A stretch of 64,000 nucleotides of DNA, from assembly GCF_009914755.1 (NCBI RefSeq), contig NC_060925.1, one strand, 5' to 3'. The translations under genes were made by a program, and so were the position numbers. Source of the DNA: the human T2T-CHM13v2.0 reference genome, Homo sapiens. Shown piece by piece: positions 40,567 through 53,842 of the stretch (position 1 is the stretch's first letter; each line of letters opens with the position of its first letter). The notes below the pieces were generated by a model that did no database searches, was not told the origin of the DNA, and saw nothing but the letters and a program-made list of their open reading frames with translations.

Positions 40567-41307
40567 TTATTTGAGCTTTCCATTTCTGAATTTTGCCCAA
40601 ATAGTCCATTAATCCTTTCTGCCAAATGTTGACTGTGTCCAGATCGGTATTAAGATTTTCCCAACAAACATCTTGTCCCCACTTCTGCTCATAGGGTACC
40701 ACTATTTTCCCAGGACATTATGCATAAAACTTATTATAAAACTTTGCTCTCCCTACCCTCCACCTGGCATATAATCAGGGATCAAATTCTGTCAATCCTT
40801 CCTTCACAATCTTTCCCAAACTCATTTCCACTTATAAATTCCTTTCCTTTACCACTATCATAGTGTAAAATTAATACTTTATTACCTCTGATGTAGATCG
40901 TGGACAACTGTATATAGTTAAATAAATATGAATAGAATATCGACACAAAACATAAAGAGAGTTTGACATCTATCTCACCATGTCCTAAAGGAAATTAGAG
41001 AAATATGTGTTCCTATCTGCCTGACAAAAGGAAGACAAGGATAGGATGAAAAGAGGTGGCATTTAAGTCTGAAAAATGAGTATTTCAATTGCTTCTGCGT
41101 TTCCAGTTTCTGTTCTCTCCAAGTCATCCTCCAATCTGTGTCCTGGTCAATCTTTGCAACATACTGTTTTAACTTTGCAAAGTAAGCAAAAGGGCTAGAG
41201 TGATATTTTCTAGATGGTAAGTTAGGCATTTTTATTTGGGAACAATGCAGTCATTGTTAGAAATAAATAGACATGAGACAGTTATGTTGTGTGAAAAGAA
41301 TGTCTGT

Positions 41308-41466
41308 GGCCGAGTGTGTTGGCTCACACCTGTAATCCCATAACTTTGGGAGGCCGAGGCCAGTGGATTGCCAGAGCTCAGGAGTTCCAGACCAGCCTGG
41401 GCCATGGTGAAACCCTGTCTCTATAATAAATAAATAAATAAATATTCATTTTAAAAAGGAATAAAA
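41308..41466 (+). mobile_element. FLAM_C Alu monomer
   Basis: Left-arm-only Alu with (TAAA)n tail; TSD GAAAAGAATGTCTGT (41293-41307) / GAAAAGAATGTTTGC (41467-41481). Confidence 0.9.
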
Positions 41467-44399
41467 GAAAAGAATGTTTGCCAAGAAATCTAAATATTTG
41501 TGCACTAAGCCTGGATAACTGAAATTTCCTGGAGGGAATGTATATGTATAAGTTTTTAGAAAAATGATTAAATGAAGAAATGGTTGCAATGATGTTAAAT
41601 GATCTAGATTTTTCTAATATGGAGTCAATTTTGGACAAACAGGTGAAATTGATTGTCATCTTCAGTGCCTAGAATTCTATTTGTTGCCATATTTGGTATG
41701 CCTTCTCGTACTCAGCCATCCAAAACCTTCACATTCTTCTATAACCCTTTTTCTAAACCTATTTTTGGGTGCTTTGGTCATACTGAGGAGTCAGTTACTG
41801 ATACCCGCTCAGATTAGTGAAAATCTTCCCAGTAGAATTTATAGGTGAATACATATAAAATCTTTTATTAGTACTATCTTTGTATTCCTAGCAAAGTCCC
41901 TGATTTTCATTAAATGAATAGTGAACAAACAAGAATTTAAAAGTAAATGATTAAATTGAAGACATAAAGGAAAAAGAAACAAGGAAGACGAATAGAAAGA
42001 AAGACAAACTAAAGGGGAAAATAAGAGAGTTCAACACTGAAATTTCTGGTCCTAACCATTGGGTAAGGAAAGACAGCAGGGAGATACTGATGTCTTCAAA
42101 TATCTAGTGAAATTATACCACATATGTGGTCATCAATTGTGTTGATGGTTGTCATACATAAGAGTAATATACTACATTATAATGAAGAATGCAGTGAGAA
42201 GTCCTATGTTTTCTAGTTCTTTAATATTTTTGTGTAAAGCACCCATATGTGAAATATTATGAAACAAATCATCACCTAAAATTAGATGCCATTATCATTC
42301 ATGGTGATACATGTATGTGTATTCACCAATGATATATCTGTAAAAAAATACAATTGAAAGCAAATGACTGAATTTAATATCTAGACATTTTGTAACAGTT
42401 ATAATGCTTACTATAAGTCTATAGAATTCTGGGGATGGGGGCAATCTTCTTTACTTAATCCCATCATTTAGAAAACACACTTGAAATGTAGAAACTTTTT
42501 CTGAAACTGAATGTATGTGACCATTGATAATAATATTGGAATAAAGTTGTATCTTTCTATCCATCTCATACTGCAAAGCCAACTATATAGTATGGAAAAT
42601 TTTCCTCTCTTTTCTGACTTACATTCATCTAATGACTTGCCTAGATTGGAAAAGCTATCTTATTTTTTTAAGCTTCCCTCCTCATGTCTTATTCAGCATA
42701 CATTTTGAGGACAGCTGGAGAAGCACATAATGAGTTACATTAATAACTGAAGATGAAGAATGATGGGCATTCTTAAAGGTAGGGGGAGAGAAAAACTGAG
42801 AACATGCAGATGTTTGTGTGCAGCCAGGAGTAAATTAGCAATGCATGTAGTGTATCTAAGATCAGAGATGAAGACGTCATGAAAAGGAAGCCTGTGAATA
42901 TGATTCTCAGCACCATAGCAACACCTGACATGCTGGAATGCCATTACCTTGAAGCCACACGGCCTATCAATGTAGTTACTCCACCTGGAGAAAAATGGGA
43001 GAAACACCCACTTAAACTTACTCGTTTTTTAAAAAACATCTCTAAGGGAATTTTAATCAATGGGAAGTTTGTTTTTACTAGAAAAATGTCAGGTAATGTA
43101 GAAGAAGCTAGTGCATCATTATCTAAGAGGGAAGGCACAGAAGGGGAAAGAAGAACTTGAAAGGAAAATAAATTTAATTTTCCATGGAAAGTGGGAAGGA
43201 GATAAAAGTAAGAATTTGACTTGTTTTCTATCATAAGCAATATTTCATAAGAAAATGATAATCCCTTGTTAAATGACATAAAAATAATATAAAATTACTC
43301 ATAAAATAATTGTAAAAAAGACTTGCAACAAGTAAACTTTGATAAGCCTTGCTGTTTTCCATATCTTTTACTTTTCTGCTTTTAGTGTTTCTGTTTTCTA
43401 TAATGCATTTGTGCCCCTAAATTCAATATTATCTTCCTAATTTTAACTATTCTGATTGAAACTATATTCCTTTCAATGCTCTATTTTCTTTAACCTAAGT
43501 ATTTCTTGGTTTAGTAAGATTTTTCCTATGTCAAGGCAAAGATCTCTTCCTGCTCATTTAATCTAATGTACTACTAGACCAGATGTGAGCAAAGGGTTGG
43601 CGATAGATAATCATTTAAATTATTTAAATTGAACTCTCCATGAGTAGGGCATCAGATTACCACATCAGATTACTGCATAGCTATTACCAAAATCCATTTT
43701 CAGTTATACCTCCAGGCATTTTGCAGAGGTAAAGGATGGGAGCTGTTTTGCAGAGGGTATCAGTAATGTATATAGCTAAGAAATGACTATTTAAAGTTCG
43801 TAGTGTGGTACAAGGTATGTACTTTGTTTACGTCCCTGCCTGAATTAAACTACTAATTATATCCACTACGAACACAAGAGAATGCATTTGTAATGGAAAA
43901 GCTCTAATTAATATTCCTTTGTTTTGGTTCATTAAGGAGGAGACAATAATGATTTGAGACCAAATGAAAACATAATTTAAGAGGAAACCCAAAAATCAAG
44001 AAAAACATTAGTGATTGAAGAACACATGAAATAACATTACTCAGCAGAGAACTAGAAGATACTGGGATTAAAAAATGGATCTGGAACCCCTGTGAACAAT
44101 GATTTTGGACTTTCTGAAAGAGCTTCCTCTTGCCTTCTAAGGCAGTTAGTTATTTACTCATTCCAGCACGCCAGAAACCATCATCCTCAAGTGGATCTCC
44201 TAAAGCATGCCTTGTCTTAAGCAAAGAGAACATGTAATGCACCATTATCATTTGCTACCTGTAACTGCACTTCTTTTTCATAGCTCTATCAGACACATTG
44301 GTGTGTTATAACATTCTGGTTGAACTCCAGTCATTCAAAATAATATACCATAGTCATAAGCCCTAGCAACAAGTGAGAAGAATCTTGCTGCTTACCCCA

Positions 44400-45700
44400 A
44401 ATGGAGAGAGGTCATGGTAATTTAGTGACAGATATGAAAGCAGTCATAACTGACTGATATTCCTCCTAAAGAGAGTGTCTGAAGTGTTATGGCTATTCTG
44501 CCATGATACATCTAACAGACTAATTACTATACATTTCTGCTATTCCTCATGGGGAATAACAGTAGGCAGATCTGAAATATGTATCTGAAGATATTTACAT
44601 TTTTAGTAGAAAATTAAAGTGAATGACTGCCTACATATGTAGTGTGGCAGAGCTGGATATGATTTTTGAAACATACCATACAAATACCATAAGCATAGAC
44701 TGTTGGCAAGAGTTGCATGAGTGCATATCAAGAAGCTGGCAAAAATGTGTCTGACAAATTATTTCATGTACTAGCTTGATCAAAAGGTATTTGAAATGAA
44801 CTTAGGTGTGGAGCTGAGAAATAAACAGATAAAAATGCAAATATGGACAATAGAAATAGCTATAAAAGGAAGTCATTTGATGAAGGAGAGATCCAGGAAT
44901 TTCTCATAAACATTAAGATGATGAAATATGGGGAACAAATGTTATCACAGGTCTACAGACAAATACACTCAAGTCAGATAACAAAGTAAACAATATAGAA
45001 AAGGAAATGAATCTCATTAGATGCCATTGCAAAGGTACAATTTAGACTTGATTGAAATAGACTCATGACTAAAATCCATCACTAAGAAAATATGCAATGT
45101 TTAAACACAAAAAGTTTTAATAAAAGAATAAATTTGTATTTATATAATAAATATCCATAAAACTGAATATGGTAATATGGTGAAGACTATTTGTTTATGA
45201 ATAGAAATAAAAAGAACCAGAGCAGTTTTCATAAGGAAAGAAACTATACATTTCCTGGCAGAATTAATGATGTGGACAATGCTTTTCTAAGGTGAACCAC
45301 AGAATGGACACAGAGAGTACGTTCTGATAAGAGGCTTCAAGAATTTCAGAAAACATCTGATTTTAACATGGTCCAAGATTGAAGTTTCCTATTCTTCTTT
45401 TAGAACATATCCAAAAGCAATTTGGAAAGCAAGCTCCATTTTTGATGAAATTAGGAGACAGTGGTAATCTCAAATCATAATATGTGAATAAAAAGGCTGC
45501 CAAACTTAATAAAGGACAAACTGAAATGCAAGAGGATCCTTAGAGGACGTCAGATATTGCATATCTCAGATACAACTGGTAAGACACAAATCTCTCAAGC
45601 AAGTGACATTTACTGAGGGCCAATACTTTTCTTTTTCAAAATAAGAGAATTGTGAGCACTGGCTGATGGTTGGAGTTTTTCTGAACCCAGTTAGCATGAC
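44400..45700 (+). mobile_element. CR1/L3 LINE relic: ORF1 esterase C-terminal part and ORF2 endonuclease start
   Basis: 44522-44563 NYYTFLLFLMGNNS resembles CR1 ORF1 DYYPFLLIHVGTND; AGKNV...LIKR near 44736-44790; GTCTACAGACAAATACA (CLYTNA-like) at 44951 and GACTCATGACT (ETHDW-like) at 45060. Confidence 0.6.
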
Positions 45701-45899
45701 AAAGAAGCTGGTAGGAAGAGGAGAATAAGAAATACAAGAAGCCCCATTTGCAATAGCAGTTAGGAAGCAAAGAGATGAAGGTGAGGGAATCTGCAAGGTG
45801 GCTCCAATCTCTGGTGGCCAAGACAAGTAAAGGCTAAGAAGACTAAGAGGACTTCTTGCTATTACAAGAAAGACTCACCACTTTCAAACTAATCAAAAA

Positions 45900-46805
45900 G
45901 GAACCAGCCAGTGCTCAACATCCCTAATCATGAGGAAAATGCAAATCAAAACCATGTGATATCACCTCACAATTGTTAGGGTGGCTACTATCAAAAGGAC
46001 AGGACATAAATGTTGATGAGAGTGTGGAGAAAATGAAACCCTAGTACACTGCTATTGGGAATGTAGATTGGTGTAACCATTTTGGAAAGTGGTATAGAGA
46101 TTCCTAAAAAGATAAAAATAGACCTACTGTATGACCCAGACATCCTTCTTCTGAGTGTATACCCAAAGGAGATGAAATCACTGCTTCATAAAGATATCTG
46201 CACTCTCATGTTCATTGCAGCATTATTCGCAATAGCCAAGATATTGAAACAACCTAAGTGTCTGCTGGTGGATGAATGGACTAAGCAAGCACACACGATG
46301 GAATATTATTCAGCCTTAAAAAAGAAAAAAATCCTGTCATTTGCCACAACATGGATGAACCTGGAGAACATTATGCTAAGTGAAATAAACTAGACACATA
46401 ATGAATATTTCCTCATCTCACTTATTTTTGGAATCTTTAAAAAAGGTCAAATATGCAGAGATAGAGAATAAATAGTGACTACCAGGGGGTAAAAGGTTGG
46501 GATAGAAAATGGGGAGATGTAGGTCAAAGAACAAAAAGTATCAGATATGTAGAAAGAACAGGTCTAGATATGTAATGTACAACATGAGGACTATAAGTAA
46601 TAAAATTCTATTTGGAATTTTTGTTAAATAAGTAGATTTTAGCTGCTACTGCCACAAAAAAGTAACTATGTGAGATGATAGATATGTTAATTTACTTCAC
46701 TGCAGTAATCCTTTTACCAGCTATATAGCCCATAACATCATTATGTAAATCCTCAAATATGCATAATAAAATTTATTTAAAATTTTTTTTAAAATATAAA
46801 ATAAA
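45900..46805 (+). mobile_element. L1MA (about L1MA8) 3' end
   Basis: ORF ICTLMFIAALFAIAKILKQPKC...LSFATTWMNLENIMLSEIN is the ORF2p C-terminus; L1MA 3' UTR and A-rich tail. Confidence 0.92.
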
Positions 46806-46809
46806 AGGA

Positions 46810-48800
46810 ATGAATTAAGGATCTATATACAATGACTAAAAAATAAAGGAAGAAAGATATCAAGACATAAAGTAGAAACTATAACAAATATAATACTAAA
46901 TTCAATGCGATAAATAGAAAAAACCTTTAATGAAATAGACTTTATTGGAAAACAAGAAGAGGTACAAGAACTCAAAGAAGATACGGCAAAATAACATAAG
47001 CTGGCAAAGTTTAGGAAAGAAGTGGCTTAGAAAACAAATTAAACTGTTACAGAGTTGAAGCCCACATTGGAAACAACATAATGGAGTATAAACCTAGCTG
47101 AAAACACAGTAATACATATATGAACGGCAGTGATGAAAACAAGCAAAATACAAGGTAAGACGACCATTACTGAAAAAAGATTCAAGGGACAATGTAAATA
47201 TACAATACCAATAAAGGAGATCTAACATCTACATACTTGGTACCCCTAAAGAAGAAAACCAAAATTATCAAAAATAAAAAAATCAAAAATATAATTCAAA
47301 GATACTCTCTGGAAATAAAAGGGCCTACCATGTCAGAGGAAAACCTGACACAAAAAGATCAAAGCCGAGGCATATCCTAATGAAGTTATTGGACTTCAAA
47401 ATTAAAGAATTCTTGTAATATCCAGACAAAAAGATATGTCACTTATAAGGGAAAAATAATTAAGTGGGCTTCATATATCTTCATAGTGATAGCTCATGCT
47501 GGAGGGCGATGTTGGCAACTAGTAGAACAAGATTAAAATTTATCTAAATCAGCAATGAAAATATATAAGGGTATAGCTAATTAAATAAACAGACCACATA
47601 CTGATTCTGACATATATATATATCACATTTTTCATATATATGTAAAAACAGAAAGAATAATATAATTATAATATAGAATATAATATATAATATAGAATAA
47701 TATAATAATAATATAGAATAATATAAATTAAAATCAATGGATAAAGACTAAAGTAGTGTAATATCAATGTGAATTGATTAAACTATAATATTAAAAGTAA
47801 ACAGTCCTTATATCAGCTTCCAAAGCCAGGACCAAGCTACATTCTGTGTACGCATGCTGCACATAAAACACAAGTGATCAGAAAGTTGGGAAGTACAAGG
47901 GTGAATAAAGACATAGCCAAATGCACCAAGGGGGAAAGCAGGAGTCATGGATCTAATGATAGGCAGGGTTGAATTCAAAATGTAATCAAACAAAGAGCAC
48001 CTTACAATGAAGACACAATAGTTTTAAATATATACCTACATTTCTAACCAGTACACTGAATACGAATACCAAAACACAACACAATATAGCATTGGCATTA
48101 ATAAAACAAAGATTATAGGACTAATAAGCTAAAATAGAGAAACAGTACCTGTAGGAAACTAATTCACTTTTCCAAACCCATGAAGAACAAGGACTCAACT
48201 AGAAGCAAGGATAACAGTAACACTATCTAACCACTTTTAAGTCTTACTATGCACCAAACATGAATTTAAGTGGGTTATACATGCTAATGGATTTAATCTT
48301 TTTAAAAAACTAATGAGGCAAGAACTCTAATCACAACCAGTTTAAAGATGAGGAAAATAAAACACAGAGAGGTCAACTATCTTGTTCAAGGTAAAATAGT
48401 AAATAGGAAAGTTAGCAACTTGAACTTCACGAGAACGTCTTTATGGTTTGCTCTCTTAACTACAACTGCCTCTCCTGTAGAAAGAGGTAAGTTAAGTAAT
48501 GACGACGTAGGTCTGTTTGTTATATATCAAACTTTTTGCCTGAATACCTTCTTTGCAAATGCACATTTGTCCCAGATATTGAACACAGTTTACTAGATCA
48601 CAAAAATATCTCAAAACATTCTCCAAGCAGATACAGTATAGAATACAGTAAATCTGATCACAATTCAGTAAATCTGAAACCTATATTTTAAAAAGGTAAT
48701 TTAAAAAATTACAGCATATATAAGTTGTAAAAGAACTTTCTCTTACATTACTTTTTAGACACAGAGGAAATCAAAATTGACATAAAATGTATTTTGATAT
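46810..48800 (+). mobile_element. Ancient HAL1/L1ME fragments
   Basis: AAGGAGATCTAACATCTACATACTTGGTACCCCTAAAGAAG...GAGGCATATCCTAATGAAGTTATTGGACTTCAAA ORF1-like; endonuclease-like pieces at 47.75-48.2 kb. Confidence 0.65.
48215..48475 (-). mobile_element. MIR SINE
   Basis: CAGTTTAAAGATGAGGAAAATAAAACACAGAGAGGTCAACTATCTTGTTCAAGGT. Confidence 0.8.
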
Positions 48801-49038
48801 GTATACTGATTTAAATCGGTACCAGAAATAAAAGTCCCTGTGCCACTATCTAAAGCTAATTTTTTCCTCTGTACCTTAGATCATATCACCCCAGCATTCT
48901 CAGAAATAATCTGTTGATTATCCCTTGTCTCCTGTATATATATTCAAACCCATTTTGTAATGGCTGCTTTCCAGGGGCTTTTAAATATGGACAAGATTTT
49001 CCCATAGAAGAGTCTACCTTTCAAACTCTTCAGCTGTT

Positions 49039-49136
49039 TATCTATCTATCGATCGATCGATCTATCTATCTATCTATTTATCTATCTATATCTGTTTATC
49101 TGTTTCTATTCTCTCTCTCTCTCTCTCTCTCTCTCT
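49039..49136. repeat. (TCTA)n / (TC)n simple repeats at Alu tail
   Basis: tatctatctatcgatcgatcgatctatctatctatc...ctctctctctctctc. Confidence 0.9.
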
Positions 49137-49156
49137 GTCATCTATATATCCATCAA

Positions 49157-49406
49157 TTTGAGACAAGATCTCACTCTGTTGCCCAGGCTAGAGTGCAGTG
49201 GCACAATCATAGCTCACTGCAGCCTTAAACTTCTGTGCTCAAGCCATCCTCCCACCACAGCCTCCTGAGTAGCTAGGATGACAGATGCTTGCCACCATGC
49301 CCAAATAATACTTAACTTTCTTTTTACAGGCAGGTTCTTGCTATGTTGCTCAGACTAGTCTCAAACTCCTGGCCCTATGTTGCTCAGAGTAGTCTCGAAC
49401 TCCTGG
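49157..49406 (-). mobile_element. AluJ-type SINE, 5'-truncated
   Basis: TTTGAGACAAGATCTCACTCTGTTGCCCAGGCTAGAGTGCAGTGGCACAATCATAGCTCACTGCAGCC. Confidence 0.9.
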
Positions 49407-50017
49407 ACCTTCATCTCCCTTTCACAGCCAAACTTCTTAAATGAGTTGAAAATATTTAATATCACAGGCTTGATATTTCTCAACTCACAGAAATCTGGCT
49501 TTCTGTCTCATGTATACTCTAAAACAGCTTTCAGTTATATTACTTTGAAACAACTCAACAACCATCTTCATGTTGCTAAATGAACATTTCACAGCCTTCC
49601 CCATTTCTTAGTCACATGAATGCTATTGGCCATACCTTCCTTTAAAAAAAAAGTTATTTTTTATTTCAATAGGTTTTGGAGGAACAGGTCATGTTTGGTT
49701 ACATGGATAAGTTCCTTAGTTGTAATTTCTGAGATTTTGGTGCACCCATCACCCTCCCCAAGCAGTGTACACTGTACCCAATGTGTAGTCTTTGATTCCT
49801 CACCCCTCCCACCTTTTCCCCTGAGTCCCCAAAGTCCATTGTATCATTCTTATGCCTTTATGAACTTATAGCTTAGCTCCTAATTACGAGTGAGAACATA
49901 AGATGTTTGGTTTTCCATCCCTCGATTACTTCACTTAGACTAGTAGTCTCCAATTTCATCCAGGTTGCTGCAAATGCCATTATTTTATTCCTTTTATGGC
50001 TGAGTAGCATTCCATTT

Positions 50018-50102
50018 TATATATATATGTGTGTGTGTGTGTGTGTATGTGTATATATATATATGTGTGTGTATATATATATGTGTGTATATATATATGT
50101 AT
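50018..50102. repeat. compound (TA)n/(TG)n microsatellite in L1PB 3' region
   Basis: tatatatatatgtgtgtgtgtgtgtgtgtatgtgtatatatatatatgtgtgt... Confidence 0.92.
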
Positions 50103-53100
50103 CACATTTTCTTTATCCACTCATTGATTGATGAGCATTTGGGCTGGTTCCATGTTTTTCCAATTGCAAATTGTGCTGCTATAAACAAGCATATGCAGGT
50201 ATCTTTTCATATAATAACATCTTTTCGTCTGGGTAGATACCTAGTAGTGGGATTGCTAAACCAAATGGTAGATCTACTTTTAGTTCTTTAAGGAATCTCC
50301 ACACTGTTTTCCATAGTGGTTGTACGAGTTTATATTCCCACCAACAGTGTAAAAGTCTTCTCTTTTCACCACATCTACACCAACATTTATTATTTTTTGG
50401 CTTTTTGATTATGGCCATTCTTTCAGGAGTGAGGTGGTATCACATTCCGGTTTTAATTTGCATTTCCCTGATAATTAGTGATGTTGAGCATATTTTCCAT
50501 ATGCTTGCTGGCCATTTGTATATCTTCCTTTGAGTGTTGTCTGTTCATGTACTTAGCCCACTGTTGCATGGGATTGTTTGTTTGTTTTTTCTTGCTGATT
50601 TGAGTTCTTTGTAGATTCTGGTTATTAGAATATAGAAAACACTTAATCTTTTTCAGATGTATAGACTGTGAAGATTTTCTCCCACTCTGTGGGTTGTCTG
50701 TTAACTCCTGATTATTTCTTTTTCTGTACAGAAGCTTTTGGTTTAATAAGTCCCATCTATTTATTTTCGTTTTTGTTGCATTTGCTTTTGGGTTCTTGGT
50801 CATAAAGTCTTTGCCTAAGCCAATGTCTAGAAAGGTTTTTCCAATGTTATCTTCTAGAATTTTTATGGTTTCAGGCCTGAGATTTAAGTCCTTCATCAAC
50901 CTTGGGTTGATTTTTCTATAAGGTGAGAGATGAGGATCCAATTTCATTCTCCTACTTGTGGCTTGCCGATTATCCCAGCACCACTTGTTGAATAGGGTGT
51001 TCTTTCCCCACTTCATGTTTTTGTTTGCTTTGTTGAAGAGCAGTTGGCTGTAAGGATTTGGGTTTATTTCTGGGTTCTTTATTATGTTCCATTGGTCTAT
51101 GTGCCTATTTTTATACCAATACCATGCTGTTTTGGTGATGATAGCCTTACAGCATAGTTTGAAGTTGAGTAATGTGATGCCTCCAGATTTGTTCTTTTTA
51201 TTAGTCTTGCTTTGGCTATGTGGGCTCTTTTTTGGGTCCATATGAATTTTAGGATTGCTTTTTCTTGTTCTGTGAAGAAAAATGGTGGCATTTTGATGGA
51301 AATTGCATTGAATTTGTAGATTGCATTTGGCAGTAAGGTCATTTTTACAATATTGATTCTACCCATCCATGAGCATGGGATGTGTTTCCATTTGTTTCTG
51401 TCATCTATGATTTCTTTCAGCAGTGTTTTGTAGTTTTCCTTGTAGAGGTCTTTCACTTCCTTAGTAAGGTATATTCCTAAGTATTTTAATTTCTTTTTAC
51501 AGCTATTGTAGAAGGGGGTGGGTTCTTAATCTGGTTCTCAGCTTGGTTGCCATTGGTGTATACCAGAGCTACTGATTTGTGTACATTAATTTTGTATCCT
51601 GAAACTTTGCTGAATTCATTTACCAGTTCTAGGAGCATTTTGGGTGAGTCCTTAGGGTTTTCTAGGTATACAACAGTAACATCAGTGAACAGTGACAGTT
51701 TGATTTCCTCATTGCCAATTTGGATGTCCTTGATTTCTTTTGTCTGATTCCTCTAAGACTTCCAGTGCTATGTTGCATGGAAGTGGTGAAAGTAGGCATC
51801 CTTGTCTTCCTTGTCTTCCAGTTCTCAGAGAGAATGCTTTCTACTTTTTCTCTTTCATTATAATGTTGGCTGTGGGTTTGTCATAGATGGCTTTTATTAC
51901 TTTAAGGTATGTCCCTTTTATGCCAATTTTACTGAAGGTTTTAATCAAAAAGGGATGCTGGATTTTGTCTAGCTGGATTTTGTAAGATGTTTTTTCTGCA
52001 TCTATTGTGACGATCATGTGATTTTTGTTTTTAATTCCATTTTTGTGGTGTATTACATTTATTGACTTGCAGATGTTAAACCATTCCTGCATCCCTGGTA
52101 TAATACCCACTTGATAATGGTGGATTATCTTTTAGATATGCTGTTGGATTTCATTAGCTAGTATTTTGTTGAGGATTTTTGCATCTATGTTCATCAAGGA
52201 TATTGGTCTGCAGTTTTCTTTTGTTGTTATATCCTTCCCTGGTTTTGGTATTAGGGTGATACTGACTTCACAGAATGATTTGGGGAGGATTCCCTCTTTA
52301 TCCTGTGGAATAGTGTTTACAGGATTGGTACCAATTTGTCTTTGAATGTCTGATAGAATTCAGCTGTGAATCCGTCTGGTCCTGGACGTTTTTTTGCTGG
52401 CAACTTTAAAATTACCATTTCAATCTCTCTGCTTGTTATTGGTCTCTTCCAAGTTTCTATATCTTCCTGGTTTAATATAGGAGGGTTGTATATTTCCAGG
52501 AATTTATCCATCTCCCCCAGATTTTCTAGTTTAAGCATGTAAAGGTGTTCATAGTAGCCTTGAACACTCTTTTGTATTTCTGTGGTATTAGTAGTAATAT
52601 CTCCCATTTTGTTTCTAATTGAGCTTATTTGGATCTTATGTCTTCCATTCTTGGTTAATCTCACTAATGGTCTATCAATTTTATTTATTTTTTCAAAGAA
52701 CCAGCTTTTTGTTTACTTTTTTTTTGTATTTTTTTGTTGTTTCAATTTCATTTAGTTCTGCTCTGATCTTTGTTATTTCTTTTCTTCTGCAGAGTTTGGG
52801 TTTGGCTTGTTCTTGTTTCTCCAGTTCCATGAGATGTGACCTTAGACTGTTTATTTGTGCTCTTTCAGACTTTTTGATGTAGGCATTTAATGCTATGAAC
52901 TTTCCTCTTGGCACCACTTTAGCTGTATCCCAGAGGTTTTGATATGTCATGTCACTATTATCATTCAGTTCAAATAATTTTTAAATTTCCATCTCAATTT
53001 CATTGTTAACCCAGTGATCATTCAGGAACAAGTTATTTAATTTCCATGTATTTGCATGGTTTTGAGGGTTCCTTTTGGAGTTGATTTCCAATTTTATTCC

Positions 53101-53487
53101 ACTGTGGTCTGAGAAAGCACTTGATATAATATCAGTTTTCTTAACACTTGTTTTGTGGCCTATCATATCGTCTATCTTGGAGAAAGTTCCATGCACTGAA
53201 GAATAGAATTTATATTCTGCGATTGTTGGGTAGAATGTTCCATAAATATCTGTTAAGTCCATTTGTTCTAGGGTATAGTTTAAATCCATTGTTTCTTTGC
53301 TGACTTTCTGTCTTGATGACCTGTCTAGTGCTGTCAGGGGAGTATTGAAGTCCCCTACTATCACTGTGTTGCTGTCTATCTCATTTCTTAGGTCTACTAG
53401 TAATGGTTCTATAAATTTGAGAGCTCCAGTGTTAGGTGCATATATATTTAGGATTGTGATATTTCCCTTTTATCATTATATAATGTC

Positions 53488-53842
53488 TGATATGGTTTGG
53501 CTGTGTCCTCACCCAAATCTCATCTTGAATTCCTACATGTTGTGGGAGGGACCTGGTGGGAGGTAATTGAATCATGAGGGCAGGTCTTTCCTGAGCTGTT
53601 CTCATGATAGTGAATAAGTCTCATGAGATCTGATGGTTCCATAAGGGGGAGTTTCCCTGCACAAGTTTTCTCTCTTTGTCTGCTGCCATCCATGTAAGAT
53701 GTGACTTGTTCCTCCTTGCCTTCTGCCATGATTGTGAGGCCTCCCCAGCCACGTGGAACTGTAAGTCCATTAAACCCTTTTTCCTGTATAAATTACAGTC
53801 TCGGGTATGTCTTTATCAGCAGCATAAAAACGGATTAATACA
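53488..53842 (+). mobile_element. THE1 (THE1A-C type) MaLR solo LTR inserted in L1PB
   Basis: TGATATGGTTTGGCTGTGTCCTCACCCAAATCTCATCTTGAATT...GGATTAATACA; exact 5-bp TSD ATGTC (53483-53487, 53843-53847). Confidence 0.96.

Noticed and set aside
40277-40702. 141-aa minus ORF over the pseudogene 5' end
   Set aside because: Chance read-through from flank into the ATF5 leader/uORF2 frame; non-ATG start and no coherent protein
42050-42345. Possible old Tigger/hAT DNA transposon relic
   Set aside because: Only a TIR-like end (…TATATCTGTA) seen; family not supportable
50453-51241. 262-aa ORF, the longest in the track
   Set aside because: Fragment of L1 ORF2p in a frameshifted L1PB, not a host gene
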